From Candidatus Latescibacterota bacterium (GTDB taxonomy: Bacteria; Latescibacterota; UBA2968; GCA-2709665): a stretch of DNA of 64,000 bases. The notes under the pieces were generated by a model. The model saw nothing but the letters and a program-made list of their open reading frames with translations, ran no database searches and had not been told where the DNA came from. Each line of letters starts with the position of its first letter. Within the stretch, counting starts at the first letter, position 1. This document shows positions 1 through 10,400 of the stretch, piece after piece. Position numbers and translations under genes: made by a program. The stretch lies in the NCBI GenBank assembly GCA_965208835.1, contig OZ242358.1, positions 736,001-800,000 of the forward strand, written 5' to 3'.

Positions 1-2
1 GT

Positions 3-263
3 TACCGAGTACCTTGGTGGCCGCTGCACCCGCTGGGCCTGGCCGTTACCTGGTCGGGAATGACGGTGCATTCGGTGCTTTCGGTGTTTCTCGCCTGGTC
101 GGTAAAGGCGATCGTGCTGAAGGCGGGCGGCGTTTTTCTCTACCGGCGTTCCATTCCCTTTTTCCTGGGACTGATGGTCGGATATGCGCTGAACGTCGGG
201 GTATCGTTCGTGCTGGACATCACCTGGTTCGGCGGTGAGGGGCACGGTGTACATGCGTATTGA
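3..263 (+). CDS. DUF6785/DUF6784-like integral membrane protein, 3' end only (5' truncated by window edge)
   Basis: Frame open from nt 3: YRVPWWPLHPLGLAV...FLGLMVGY...DITWFGGEGHGVHAY*. Same C-terminal pattern as 13565..15544 (YRLPWWPFHPIAF...DAVWFPGQGHGVHNY). Confidence 0.75.
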   Translation, partial: YRVPWWPLHPLGLAVTWSGMTVHSVLSVFLAWSVKAIVLKAGGVFLYRRSIPFFLGLMVGYALNVGVSFVLDITWFGGEGHGVHAY

Positions 264-282
264 AAGACAGGAGAAGCGTAAC

Positions 283-1536
283 ATGCAGATGGGTCGATGG
301 CTTTCGGTGGGCTGGTTATTCGTTTACGCGCTTGCCGCCTGCGGCGGGTCCGACGATGGATCGCCCGGTGAGAAGACGACGCTCAGAATCGCCTGGATGG
401 GCCCGCAACGGGAAGCGTTCCGGGCGTGGAAGGAGGGATTCGAAGCGGAACATCCGGGCGTGCGGATCGAGCAGAGGTTCATCCCGTACGATCAGGGTCC
501 AACGGTCTACAATACCATGATACAGGGAGGAACGCTTCCGGACCTCGGGTATCTTTTCATGGGGATGATTTCGGAGTACGCGGAGCGCGGGGTGCTGGAG
601 CCGCTGGACGACTACATGTCGGCTGACGAACGCAACGCGTGGATTTCCACGGCTCTGAGCGCGGGCGAATACAGGGGAAAGACGTACGGGGTACCGCTGT
701 GGGGCGCCAACCGGGTCCTCTACGCGCGCAGGGACTGGATGGAAGAGGAAGGGATAAGCGGACACCCCGAAACGTGGGAGGCGGTCCGGGACCTGGCAAT
801 CAAGCTGAACAGCCCGCCCGAACGCTACGGGATCTGTGTGGGAGCGGGAAGGCCGAAACACCTGATGCAGGAACAGATCGCGATGATGTGGGGCTTCGGC
901 GCCGACTTCTTCGACGGCGACGGCAGGCTTGCCATCAACAGCGCCGAGGCGGTGGCGTACGTGACGTTTCTCACGGATCTGCACCTCGTGGACAGGGCCA
1001 TGCCGCCGGGCATCCTGAATCTGAACGCGAATGATTGCTATGCAGTCATGGACGCGGGAAAGGCGGGTCTGACGTTCAGCGGGCCGTGGCAGTACGGACG
1101 GTGCCTGGATGCCGGAGTCGCGTGCGAGCCTCTGATGACGCCGGCGGGACGCGACCGGAAGATGCTGCTGATTCTGGATATTTTCTCCGTGTTCTCCACG
1201 TCGAAGCAGAAGGACCTGGCGTATGACTTCATCCGCTTTACGCAGCGGCCGGAAAATCGGGAGTTGATGGACGTGGAGAACGGGGGCGTGCCGGTGACCG
1301 GGACGGTGTCAGAGCACGCGTACTACAGGACGGTGCCGATCCGCAATTACCTGGCGCAGGCGGACCTGATCAAACTGACGCCAAAGCACCCGGAATGGAC
1401 GAAGATCCAGGACGGCTGGGGAGAGGCGATTCAGATGGTTCTGGCGGGTACGGCGTCTCCGCGTGAGGCGCTGGACAAGGTTTATTCGCGTCTGATGCGA
1501 GAACTGGAAGACCCGACGCTGCCCGGAGAGGATTGA
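283..1536 (+). CDS. Sugar ABC transporter substrate-binding lipoprotein (CUT1 type)
   Basis: AGGAGA RBS before ATG 283; lipobox LAAC; SBP_bac_1-like motifs (FEAEHPGVRIE, LEPLDDY, GKTYGVP, PETWE, FSGPW). Confidence 0.9.
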   Translation: MQMGRWLSVGWLFVYALAACGGSDDGSPGEKTTLRIAWMGPQREAFRAWKEGFEAEHPGVRIEQRFIPYDQGPTVYNTMIQGGTLPDLGYLFMGMISEYAERGVLEPLDDYMSADERNAWISTALSAGEYRGKTYGVPLWGANRVLYARRDWMEEEGISGHPETWEAVRDLAIKLNSPPERYGICVGAGRPKHLMQEQIAMMWGFGADFFDGDGRLAINSAEAVAYVTFLTDLHLVDRAMPPGILNLNANDCYAVMDAGKAGLTFSGPWQYGRCLDAGVACEPLMTPAGRDRKMLLILDIFSVFSTSKQKDLAYDFIRFTQRPENRELMDVENGGVPVTGTVSEHAYYRTVPIRNYLAQADLIKLTPKHPEWTKIQDGWGEAIQMVLAGTASPREALDKVYSRLMRELEDPTLPGED

Positions 1537-1545
1537 GGAGGCCGC

Positions 1546-2412
1546 ATGGAGCGGGAGAAACGACGGCTGGCCTACCTCTACGTTGCCCCCGCGGCGGTGT
1601 GGTTGTTTCTGTTTATGGGGTATCCCATTCTGGACGTGATGGAGACGAGTCTCTATCACACGTCCTACAAGGGAGAGACGTTTGCCGGGTTAGGGAATTA
1701 CCTCGGACTCCTGCAGGACGATCTCTTTCTGCTTGTGCTGAAGAACACGGCCTTGTGGACGGCCCTGGCGGTTGCGATGAACGTGGGATTGGGTCTGGGC
1801 GTGGCGCTGTTGTTGAGCCGGGGGTCGGTTTTGAGCGAATGGGTCCGGGGCATGCTGATCCTGGCCTGGGCCATGCCGCTTGTGGTGGCGGCGATCACCT
1901 GGAAGTGGATGTACAACGGCGAGTACGGGCACCTGAATTCGCTTCTGCTGGGCCTGCAACTCATCGATGCGCCGGTTCAGTGGCTGACGGACGCTTCAAC
2001 GGCCTTTGCCGGTGCGCTGGTTGCCCGGTTGTGGACGGCCCTGCCTTTCACGACGTTCGCATTCCTGTCGGCGCTGCAGTCGATCCCCGGCGATCTGTAC
2101 GAGGCTTCCACGATCGACGGGGCTACGAAATTTCGACAATTCCGCCACATCACCCTGCCGCTCCTGCGTCCGGTTACGCTGGCGGTTCTGCTGGTCAGCG
2201 TGATCTGGTCCTTCAACAGCTTTGTCTTCATCTACGTTATTACGGCGGGAGGCCCGGCAAACCAGACCCAGATTATGGTCACGGAGATCTACAGGCGCGC
2301 GTTCGGCTATTTCAACTTCGGCCAGGCCGGCGCCCTCACCGTTCTGGCGTTCTTCCTGCTGCTTGGAATCAGTCTTCTTCAATGGCGGGTGTTCTACAGG
2401 CGGGAGGTATAG
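1546..2412 (+). CDS. Carbohydrate ABC transporter permease (MalF/UgpA-like)
   Basis: GGAGG RBS; several TM segments; EAA loop LYEASTIDGATKFRQFRHITLPLL. Confidence 0.93.
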   Translation: MEREKRRLAYLYVAPAAVWLFLFMGYPILDVMETSLYHTSYKGETFAGLGNYLGLLQDDLFLLVLKNTALWTALAVAMNVGLGLGVALLLSRGSVLSEWVRGMLILAWAMPLVVAAITWKWMYNGEYGHLNSLLLGLQLIDAPVQWLTDASTAFAGALVARLWTALPFTTFAFLSALQSIPGDLYEASTIDGATKFRQFRHITLPLLRPVTLAVLLVSVIWSFNSFVFIYVITAGGPANQTQIMVTEIYRRAFGYFNFGQAGALTVLAFFLLLGISLLQWRVFYRREV

Positions 2413-3251
2413 TGGTGGGACCGTTCCGCGTGCGGCCAGCCGAAGTATTGCGGGCGCTTCTGATAGCGGGCGTCGCCGCCTTCGCGCTGTTTCCGTTTCT
2501 GGTGGTTGCGGGGACCTCCCTGAAGACGCTGGGCGAAGTGTTCCAATCGCCGGCGACGCTGGTGCCCAAGCTGTTTGCGTGGCAGAATTACGTGGATATC
2601 TTCGTCCGGATTCCAATGACCCGCCATCTGGCGAACAGTATGATTATCGCCACGGCAACCACGGTTCTGAATATTGCCGTTGCGACTCCGGCGGCCTACG
2701 CGATGGCGCGCATCAGGTTCCGCGGGCGCGGAGTGTTCGGTCTGGGCATCCTCGTGATGCAGATGTTTTCCCCCGTAATCGTTCTGATTCCGCTGTTCAA
2801 GGTGATGAAGGTGTTCCATCTTCTGGACACCTACAGCGGCCTGATTCTGGTGAATACCGCCGTTACCCTGCCGTTTTCAATCTGGATACTGGCGGGGTTC
2901 TTCAGGCACATTCCGGAAGAGCTGGAAGATGCCGCGATGATCGACGGCCTTTCCAGGACGGGCATGCTGTTCAGGATCGCCCTGCCGCTTACCGGGCCCG
3001 GGCTGGCGACGACCGCGATCTTTGCGTTCGTGACCGCCTGGAACGAGTTCATCTTCGCGCTGGTGCTGGTTTCCCGGAGGGAAATGCAGCCGATCACGAT
3101 GGCGCTCTATTCGTGGGAAAAGAACAACGTGGTGGAATGGAACCTGCTGATGGCGACCGCGGTGGTAGCGACGGTTCCCACCGTGCTGCTGTTTCTGCTG
3201 GTCAGGAAACGGTTGACATCGGGTCTGATGTCGGGAGCGGTGAAGTCCTGA
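2412..3251 (+). CDS. Carbohydrate ABC transporter permease (MalG/UgpE-like)
   Basis: GTG overlaps the upstream TAG; EAA loop IPEELEDAAMIDG; AWNEF motif; C-terminal SGLMSGAVK. The 1533 start in the ORF track is a spurious extension. Confidence 0.92.
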   Translation: MVGPFRVRPAEVLRALLIAGVAAFALFPFLVVAGTSLKTLGEVFQSPATLVPKLFAWQNYVDIFVRIPMTRHLANSMIIATATTVLNIAVATPAAYAMARIRFRGRGVFGLGILVMQMFSPVIVLIPLFKVMKVFHLLDTYSGLILVNTAVTLPFSIWILAGFFRHIPEELEDAAMIDGLSRTGMLFRIALPLTGPGLATTAIFAFVTAWNEFIFALVLVSRREMQPITMALYSWEKNNVVEWNLLMATAVVATVPTVLLFLLVRKRLTSGLMSGAVKS

Positions 3252-3277
3252 GCGCGTTCAGGCCCCGCGTCCGTTTT

Positions 3278-4393
3278 TTATTCGGGTGTATCCCGGAGCA
3301 GCGCGGCTTCGGTCTCCCGGTCGAAGAAGTGGACGTAGGAGAGGTCGAATGCGAGCCGGACCTCCTCGTCCACCGAGGGGACGGGATCCGCGGTCACCCT
3401 GGCCACGCAGGAGGCGCGTCCGACGGTCAGGTAGAGCAAGGTCTCATGGCCCATCGGTTCGACGAGGTCGACATTCGCGGAGACGTTTTCTGATTCCCCG
3501 GGCCCGCGGGCTGAAGACGCGTAGTGGATGTGCTCGGGGCGGATTCCAAGGATGACGCGGCGGCCGATGTGCCCTGTCAGGCTGTCCCGGTGCCGGTCCG
3601 GTATCGGGAGGCGGAGGCCGTCTCGCCGGAACGCCAGGCCGGCATCCCGGACGAGTTCGCCCTCGAGGAAATTCATTGCCGGGCTGCCAATAAAGCCGGC
3701 GACGAACCGGTTCGCGGGTCTCCGGTACAGGTGGACCGGGGCTCCAACCTGCTGGATCCGTCCGTCTTGCATGACGACGAGGCGGTCGCCCATGGTCATC
3801 GCTTCGACCTGGTCGTGGGTGACGTAAATCATGGTCGCGTTGAGCCGTGCATGCAGCTTGCTGAGTTCCGTTCGCATCTGAACCCGTAGTCTGGCGTCCA
3901 GGTTGGACAGGGGCTCGTCGAATAGGAAGACCTTCGGCTTCCGAACGATAGCACGGCCAAGGGCTACCCGCTGACGCTGTCCGCCTGAGAGTTCCTTCGG
4001 CTTTCGGTGCAGCAGGTCCCGGATTCCCAGGATGTCCGCCGCCTCGCGCACCCGGTCGTCGATCTCCTCTCTGGGATATTTTCGCAGTTTCAGCCCGAAG
4101 GCCATGTTCCGGTAGGCGTCCATGTGGGGGTACAGGGCGTAGTTCTGAAAGACCATCGCGATGTTCCTGTCCTTGGGCGGAAGGTCGTTCGCCAGGCGTC
4201 CGTCAATGAAGATTTCGCCCCCGTCCGCCTCCTCCAGGCCCGCAATCAGCCGGAGCGTGGTCGATTTTCCGCATCCGGACGGCCCCACCAGCACGACAAA
4301 TTCGCCGTCCTCGACGCGAAGGCTGAAGTCGTCTACAGCGACGGTGTTCCCGTTGTAGATCTTTCTGGCGTTTTTGAGGACTACGGTTGCCAT
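3278..4393 (-). CDS. Sugar ABC transporter ATP-binding protein (MalK/UgpC/MsmX family)
   Basis: Walker A GPSGCGKST, VFQNYALYPHM, LSGGQRQR, DEPLSNLDA, FVAGFIGSP, TOBE C-terminus; start MATVVLK at 4393. Confidence 0.95.
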   Translation of the reverse strand: MATVVLKNARKIYNGNTVAVDDFSLRVEDGEFVVLVGPSGCGKSTTLRLIAGLEEADGGEIFIDGRLANDLPPKDRNIAMVFQNYALYPHMDAYRNMAFGLKLRKYPREEIDDRVREAADILGIRDLLHRKPKELSGGQRQRVALGRAIVRKPKVFLFDEPLSNLDARLRVQMRTELSKLHARLNATMIYVTHDQVEAMTMGDRLVVMQDGRIQQVGAPVHLYRRPANRFVAGFIGSPAMNFLEGELVRDAGLAFRRDGLRLPIPDRHRDSLTGHIGRRVILGIRPEHIHYASSARGPGESENVSANVDLVEPMGHETLLYLTVGRASCVARVTADPVPSVDEEVRLAFDLSYVHFFDRETEAALLRDTPE

Positions 4394-4553
4394 CCCGACC
4401 CTTCCGAGGCGTGTGCCGCGATCGACCGGGTAAAGTAAGCACATTCTATCGCAATAACAAGCTCCCCGGGCTTCCTGCCGGCCTGGATCTCGCCGATGGT
4501 CCGGCCCTTCTGGCAGGCACGGACCGGGGTGTGATCACCGCATTGAGTCGGAC

Positions 4554-7307
4554 ATGATGCGTGTCATTTCGAAATCAGGATGGGCAGGAGCCTGTGCACT
4601 GACCGCCTCAATGGCGGTTTCATGGAGTTCGGTTTTCGGGGGTGAGCCTGTGAACATCAGGGATCTGCTGGGAGACCGGGGGATCAGCGGGGCGTTGCTA
4701 GAGGCCGAACGCACGCATCCCTACCTCTTCTTCTCTGCCGAAGACGTGCCGCGTCTGCGCGAAATGGCCGGGCGGGAACCGTACCGGACGTGTGCCGAGG
4801 GGATTGTCCGGGCGGCCAGGCTGACGTTGAGAAACCCGATTCCCAAAGAACCGCCCGCCGGAGCGTCCCACAGCCGTTTACCCGATGGCAGTTACGACGA
4901 GTCGTTTCTGAAGGCGACCTACGATTTTCTGTCCTATGCGTACGCGATGCAATACTACGGCCCGTTGTACGCGTTCGCGTACCTGCTGACGGAGGAGGAG
5001 GTCTTCGCCAGGCGCGCCAAGGCGTGGGCGCTGGCGTACGCGGGCTGGGAGAACTGGGGTCCGGCGGCCGATCCGTGGGATATGGAAGCGGCCATGATTC
5101 TGTCGGGAGCGGTGATCGTCTACGATTGGATTCCCGGTCGATTCTCCCGGGAGGAACGCGAACGTCTGCTTGCGGGACTGCGCGAGAAGGGGCGGAGACT
5201 GTGCGAGAAGGATGCGTACTGGCTGACGCAGGACCCGGCGGCACGGCGCGGGTCGCTTGCGAATAACCACAGGTGGCGGAGCATACCGCTTGAGGGACTG
5301 GCGGGGCTGGGGCTGCTCTACGAGGTCGAAGAGGCGCGGGACTGGCTGGATATGGGGTTGGTGCTCACGCGGGACTACCTCCTGCCGGCGGCCTATGGCA
5401 GAGACGGAGAGCGGATGGAGGGACGCGGCTGGCTGGGGGTCTGCCTGAGTGACGGGGGCCGGTTTATGGAGGCGCTGGCCCGAAACGGAGGGCCGGACCT
5501 GTTCGATACCGGGCCGTTGCGCCGGCTGTCGCACTTTCTGATTTTCGGGATGGAGATGTACAGCTCACGGGGGCACTATAACGATCGGGCGGGCCTTCTG
5601 GCGCACGCCGGCAGACTGCGGGATCCTGCGCTTCAGTGGCTGGCCCTGGAGCACGGTCTGGGACCCGATTTGAAGGGATACCCGGCGTACTGGTATAACC
5701 GGGATAATGCCCTTTACCAGCCTGAAACCCCTTATACGGTTTCCCTGCGGTGGGATGCCGGGACCGGCCGGATGCAGATCGAAGTGAATGGCGTCCCGCG
5801 GGACCGGCAGGATATTGAACGGGTGGAAGGGATCGACATGGTCACGCTTCGGGTTGAGGGCGATCGGGTCGAGATCGGTTCTCTTGAGGTCCTTGACGCC
5901 GCCGGGGGTGTCGTGGAATGCCTGGCCGGACCGGTCGCGCTGACGGAAGAACGGGGGGAGACGGCCCTCGGATTCGCCAGCTTGCGCGCCGGCGAGATCC
6001 GGGCTTCACTGCGTAAGTACCGATCGGACACCGGGCAGGCAATGCTGATGCTGATGTCCGGAGGGCGGCGTGTAAGGGGCATCGCATTTACAGGTGAACA
6101 CGAAATCGCCAAGGCAGTTGAGGAGATGGACGGAACGTATACGCTGGGAGTTGCGGCGGCGAAGGGGCTCTATTTCCACGGGCCCTGGGAGTTCCTGTTC
6201 TACGACGAGAGCCTGCCGCCGGCGGCTCCGAAGAATGACGTGACCGGGTTTCACTTCCGGGACCTTGGGCTGGTTAAGTTATACGACACGCTTCACGCGG
6301 AAGGGGTTAACGTCACGTTCACGTCCGGACCGGAAGTGAGTAAGGAACAGGGAGACAAGAATGCGTTTACGCTCACCGCGTTCGGGGAGCGTCTGTTGTC
6401 GCCGCCGCGGACACCGAAGACGGGCGAAGCGGCGCTGACGCAGGCGCAGTACGATCTGACGGCCTGGTACCAGGGCACACCGGGGCGAAACACGATTCTG
6501 GTGGATGGACGGGGACAGCCGACGGTGCACGAGGAAAGCCCTGTGCCGCGCGAGTACGAATCGCAATGGCTGGGACCGGAGGACGTTGCGAAGAGTGGAC
6601 GGATCGAGGAGACCTATTTCTCAAGGGACTACGATTACGTAAGGGGGGAGGCGGCGCACGCGTACCGACCCCTGCTGGATACCTATCGCCGCCATCTGAT
6701 GTTTTTAAAGCCGCAGGGCGACCCGGACCTGCGGTACCTGGTGCTGTTCGATGAGATCGAAACCGCCGGAAAGCGGCCCAGATCGATCGAATGGCGGCTG
6801 CTGAGCCCGTACGGCGAGGTGACAGTCGCCGGCGAAACGTCCAGAATCGAGGGACGCGCGGCATGGATGCACATCAGACATTTCTCGCCTGAGCCGTCCA
6901 CCGTCAGGATCGATTCCACGCCCGCCCCACGGGATGCGGATCGGCAGCCCTATCTGCGGTTTCCGACGCCGGGGCCGGTGAAGAGGGTGCACTACCTTCA
7001 CCTGCTTCAGCCGCTGCGTTCCGCTGAGGCTGAACCGGTTTCAGCGACGCGGGTGATGGCGCACGGTGGGATCGGCGTCCGGGTAAGCGCACCGGATGTG
7101 ACCGCTCTGGCGGTCTTCAGAACGGGAGATGAAAACGTCACCGCGGGCGGGCTGACCACGGACGCCCTCGCCAGTCTGGTGCGATGGGGACCGGACGGCG
7201 GCGGGTCGGTAGTCGTCCACGGCGGGACGTTTGCCGAGCTTGCCGGGAGACGCGTCTTCAGTTCCGAGGATGCGATGAGCGTTCTGGTCGAGCTACCGGT
7301 TGAGTAA
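4554..7307 (+). CDS. Secreted heparinase II/III-like (DUF4962-type) polysaccharide-lyase-fold protein
   Basis: Signal peptide; HPYLFFSAEDV start of alpha-toroid; NNH motif; DKNAF..AFGE, NTILVDG.GQ, GEAAHAY, RRHLMF, LFDEI beta-domain motifs. Confidence 0.7.
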   Translation: MMRVISKSGWAGACALTASMAVSWSSVFGGEPVNIRDLLGDRGISGALLEAERTHPYLFFSAEDVPRLREMAGREPYRTCAEGIVRAARLTLRNPIPKEPPAGASHSRLPDGSYDESFLKATYDFLSYAYAMQYYGPLYAFAYLLTEEEVFARRAKAWALAYAGWENWGPAADPWDMEAAMILSGAVIVYDWIPGRFSREERERLLAGLREKGRRLCEKDAYWLTQDPAARRGSLANNHRWRSIPLEGLAGLGLLYEVEEARDWLDMGLVLTRDYLLPAAYGRDGERMEGRGWLGVCLSDGGRFMEALARNGGPDLFDTGPLRRLSHFLIFGMEMYSSRGHYNDRAGLLAHAGRLRDPALQWLALEHGLGPDLKGYPAYWYNRDNALYQPETPYTVSLRWDAGTGRMQIEVNGVPRDRQDIERVEGIDMVTLRVEGDRVEIGSLEVLDAAGGVVECLAGPVALTEERGETALGFASLRAGEIRASLRKYRSDTGQAMLMLMSGGRRVRGIAFTGEHEIAKAVEEMDGTYTLGVAAAKGLYFHGPWEFLFYDESLPPAAPKNDVTGFHFRDLGLVKLYDTLHAEGVNVTFTSGPEVSKEQGDKNAFTLTAFGERLLSPPRTPKTGEAALTQAQYDLTAWYQGTPGRNTILVDGRGQPTVHEESPVPREYESQWLGPEDVAKSGRIEETYFSRDYDYVRGEAAHAYRPLLDTYRRHLMFLKPQGDPDLRYLVLFDEIETAGKRPRSIEWRLLSPYGEVTVAGETSRIEGRAAWMHIRHFSPEPSTVRIDSTPAPRDADRQPYLRFPTPGPVKRVHYLHLLQPLRSAEAEPVSATRVMAHGGIGVRVSAPDVTALAVFRTGDENVTAGGLTTDALASLVRWGPDGGGSVVVHGGTFAELAGRRVFSSEDAMSVLVELPVE

Positions 7308-7441
7308 GCAATGGAGAGAATTCGTGCGGCGGGCGTATCCGGGCGACGACGTCTGGTTCGGACCGGTGGTTATCGGAAAGGGATTAGCGGCAGGAAGCGA
7401 GAGCGGGTTCGAGACCCGAGGGGGCCAGGAAGGAATGCGCG

Positions 7442-10400
7442 ATGGCAGGAGATCGGATTGATACGCTGAAGGAGATGCATCTGACCACGGACCTCAGCGA
7501 AGGGGCGGAGATCGTGGCGCCGGTAGAGCCGGAATGGGCGCGTCTCGGTCGGCGGCTGCGTGAGATGATCCGCGCGCATGCGGGCGTGGACCTGCCGATC
7601 GTGGATCCTGAAAGCCTGGCGCCCCTGCCGGATGGCCGGCACCGCGTGCTGCTGGGCAACGCGATGGTCAACGGCTCCATCATGGCGCTTTACCGGCGGC
7701 AATACGCGTTCCTGGACGACTGGTATCCAGGCGGGGACGGGTATGCGGTCCGGACGGTGCATAATCCGGAAAATTGCGGCTATAACGCGTTGCTGGTGGG
7801 CGGCAGCACGCTGGAGGGCGCGGCCAATGCGGTCGAGGCGCTGGAAGGCGTACTGGAAGAGACCGGGGGGCGGCTGAGATATACCAATCGGTCGCGGTCC
7901 GAGGTCCACGAGACATTGCTGCCGGAGATGACGCCGGAGGCGTTCCGGGAGTGGGTGGCGGCAATGTACCGGGACAATCTCAGTTACTATCCCGTAGAGC
8001 AGGGCACCTTCCTGGGTCTGACCCACCACCTGACCCACGATCCCGGCTGCGCGCGGATGTTCCGGGATGCGCTCTTCTACTACGAGGACCTGGTGAGGAA
8101 TCGCTATGACGGGAACTGGCTGTTCGAGCATATGTTGTTCATCTATTCCTGGGCGTGGCGGCTGTTCCTTGTCTGGGACCTGATCGAGGAGAGCGATGCG
8201 TTTACCGACGCGGAACGCCTTCGAATCACCAATGTGTTATGGGGGCTCGCAAACTACGTGGCCCGCACACGCTATTTCAAGGCCGAAACGCCGCCGCCGC
8301 TGGAGATCCGGCAGAACCACTGGACGTTCGCGGGGCTGAGCGGGTCGTTCTGCGCGGGTTATTTCGAATCCTACTACGGGATCACGCGATTCGAGAAGCA
8401 GGTCCGGTTCTCAAAGGCGGTTTTCGACGGCCAGGCGAACAGCTACAAGCCGAACGACGATGCGGGCGGAGGCTGGTGGGGCTACTGCTGGCTGGCGCCG
8501 TATCACCAGGTGATCTACGATTTGAAGCGCGACGATTTTCGCTTCCTGGAGAACGGCCAGCTCCGGACGATTGCCGACTACGGCATACAGGTGACGGACA
8601 ATCTCGGCGTTCCGGTGAGCTTCGGCGACATGTGGTCCTATATCGAGCAGGGGCGGTACGCCGTGGCGCTCAAGAACAAGACGATATCGCTCGAGCTCGC
8701 GATGGCCCTATGCACAGCAGCCTGGTACTATGAGGACGGGAGCTACCTCTGGGCGCTGGACTGGATGGGCGGCGCTCCGTATCCCGGCTGCTATTACCGT
8801 GCGCTGCCGAAGCGGGCGCCCGATCGGCTGGCAGGAGTCACCGTGGCGCCGTTCAACCGTTCGCTTTACGAGTGGGTGGAGCGGCACGCGCGCGGCGGCG
8901 CGAACGTGCCGATCGAGGAAGCGTTCGACAAGCTGGTAATGCGCGGAGGATTCGACAGCGATGACGAATACCTCCTGTTGGACGGGACGTCAACCTTCGC
9001 CCACGGACACGAGGACGGAAACTCGATCGGGCGGCTCACGTGGAAGGGGCGGATGTGGCTGGCGGATCTGGATTATATCTGGAAACGGCCCCGGCACCAC
9101 TCGTCTGTCGTGTCCATCTGTGACGGTGAAACCGTGGAGATGCCGCCCCTGGTGGCGTTGACATGGGCGGAGGCGTCCGGAGAGACCGCCTTCACGCGTA
9201 CGGTCGTGCCGGAATACAACGGACTGGACTGGACACGGGATATCTTCTGGGTGAGGGGCGGGTTCTTTCTGATCGCGGACTCGCTGAGGCTGCTCAAGGA
9301 CACGGATTACGATCTGAAGTGCCTGTGGCGGACGCTTGGCGAGGTCCGTCAGGAAGACCGAGAACTGAGGGTGGGACAGGAGGGCGTGTATTTCCGGCTC
9401 CTGAATGCGGATGATTCGGAAAAGTCGCTTCTGACGGAGGAAGCCCGCGTTGCGGGAACCGACCCCTACGAATCCTATGCGTTTGCCGACGGTCCGATCC
9501 GGATCTTCAGCCAGCACAAGGCGCTCCACGGGCGGCCCGGACACGTTGAACGGTATTTCAACCTGATGGTGGCGGGGTCGGAAGCGGAGATCGATGCGTG
9601 GCGGATCGAGCGCATCGGAGAGGGCAGGGTCAGGGTGGCGCACCCGGACGGTCCGACCGTATTCGGCGTTGACGGCGGGGAAACGCGAATAGGCGGGCTC
9701 AGGGTCGCCGCCGCCGCTTTCGCGTTGACCGAATCGAACCTGATACTGCTTGACGCGACGGGTCTGTGGGCGAATGGCGCGGTGTTTGAAAGCGACATGC
9801 CGGTGCACATCGTACTGTATCCGGGCGAGAGAGCGGGTGAAGTCCGCGCAAGCAAGGAGACCCGGGTTCGGACCGAAGGGATCTGTTTTGGCGGGGAGGT
9901 GGAACCAGAGGCGGACAAACTCACGGCCGGAACCCATCGGATCAGCCTGGAACCCGGTCTTGAGGACGTCCTGCGCGAGGCCGTCCGGTCCGGGACGCCG
10001 TACGAGCATCGCAGAGCGCCGGGAATACACGGTTTCGTGCCGAAAGATACGTCCCTCAGGCGTTTGTGGGAGGCGCAGGTCCGGGGACCGGTCCGATGCG
10101 CCGATGCGAAGGCTGACTCGATTGCGGTTGGGACGGGCAGCGGGCAGGTACTCGTGCTGGACCCCGACGGGCGGATTCGCTGGACGCGCGAGACCCGCGC
10201 CGAAGTGCGCGCCGTGCATCTTGCGGATTTGAAGGAAGGACGGCTTCTGGCCGGTGGCAGGGACCGCGCGCTGACGCTGTTCGATTCCGGAGGCGGGGTC
10301 TGCTGGAAGCGCCGGTTTTCGGAGTCGCACGGGGTGGATCAGAATGTGAACGCGGTGACGACGGCAGATCTGACCGGTGACGGAAATCCGGTGATCCTGA

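Noticed and set aside
1533-2411. Apparent 572-aa fused permease
   Set aside because: The first 293 codons overlap the real upstream permease in another frame; the true start is GTG 2412.
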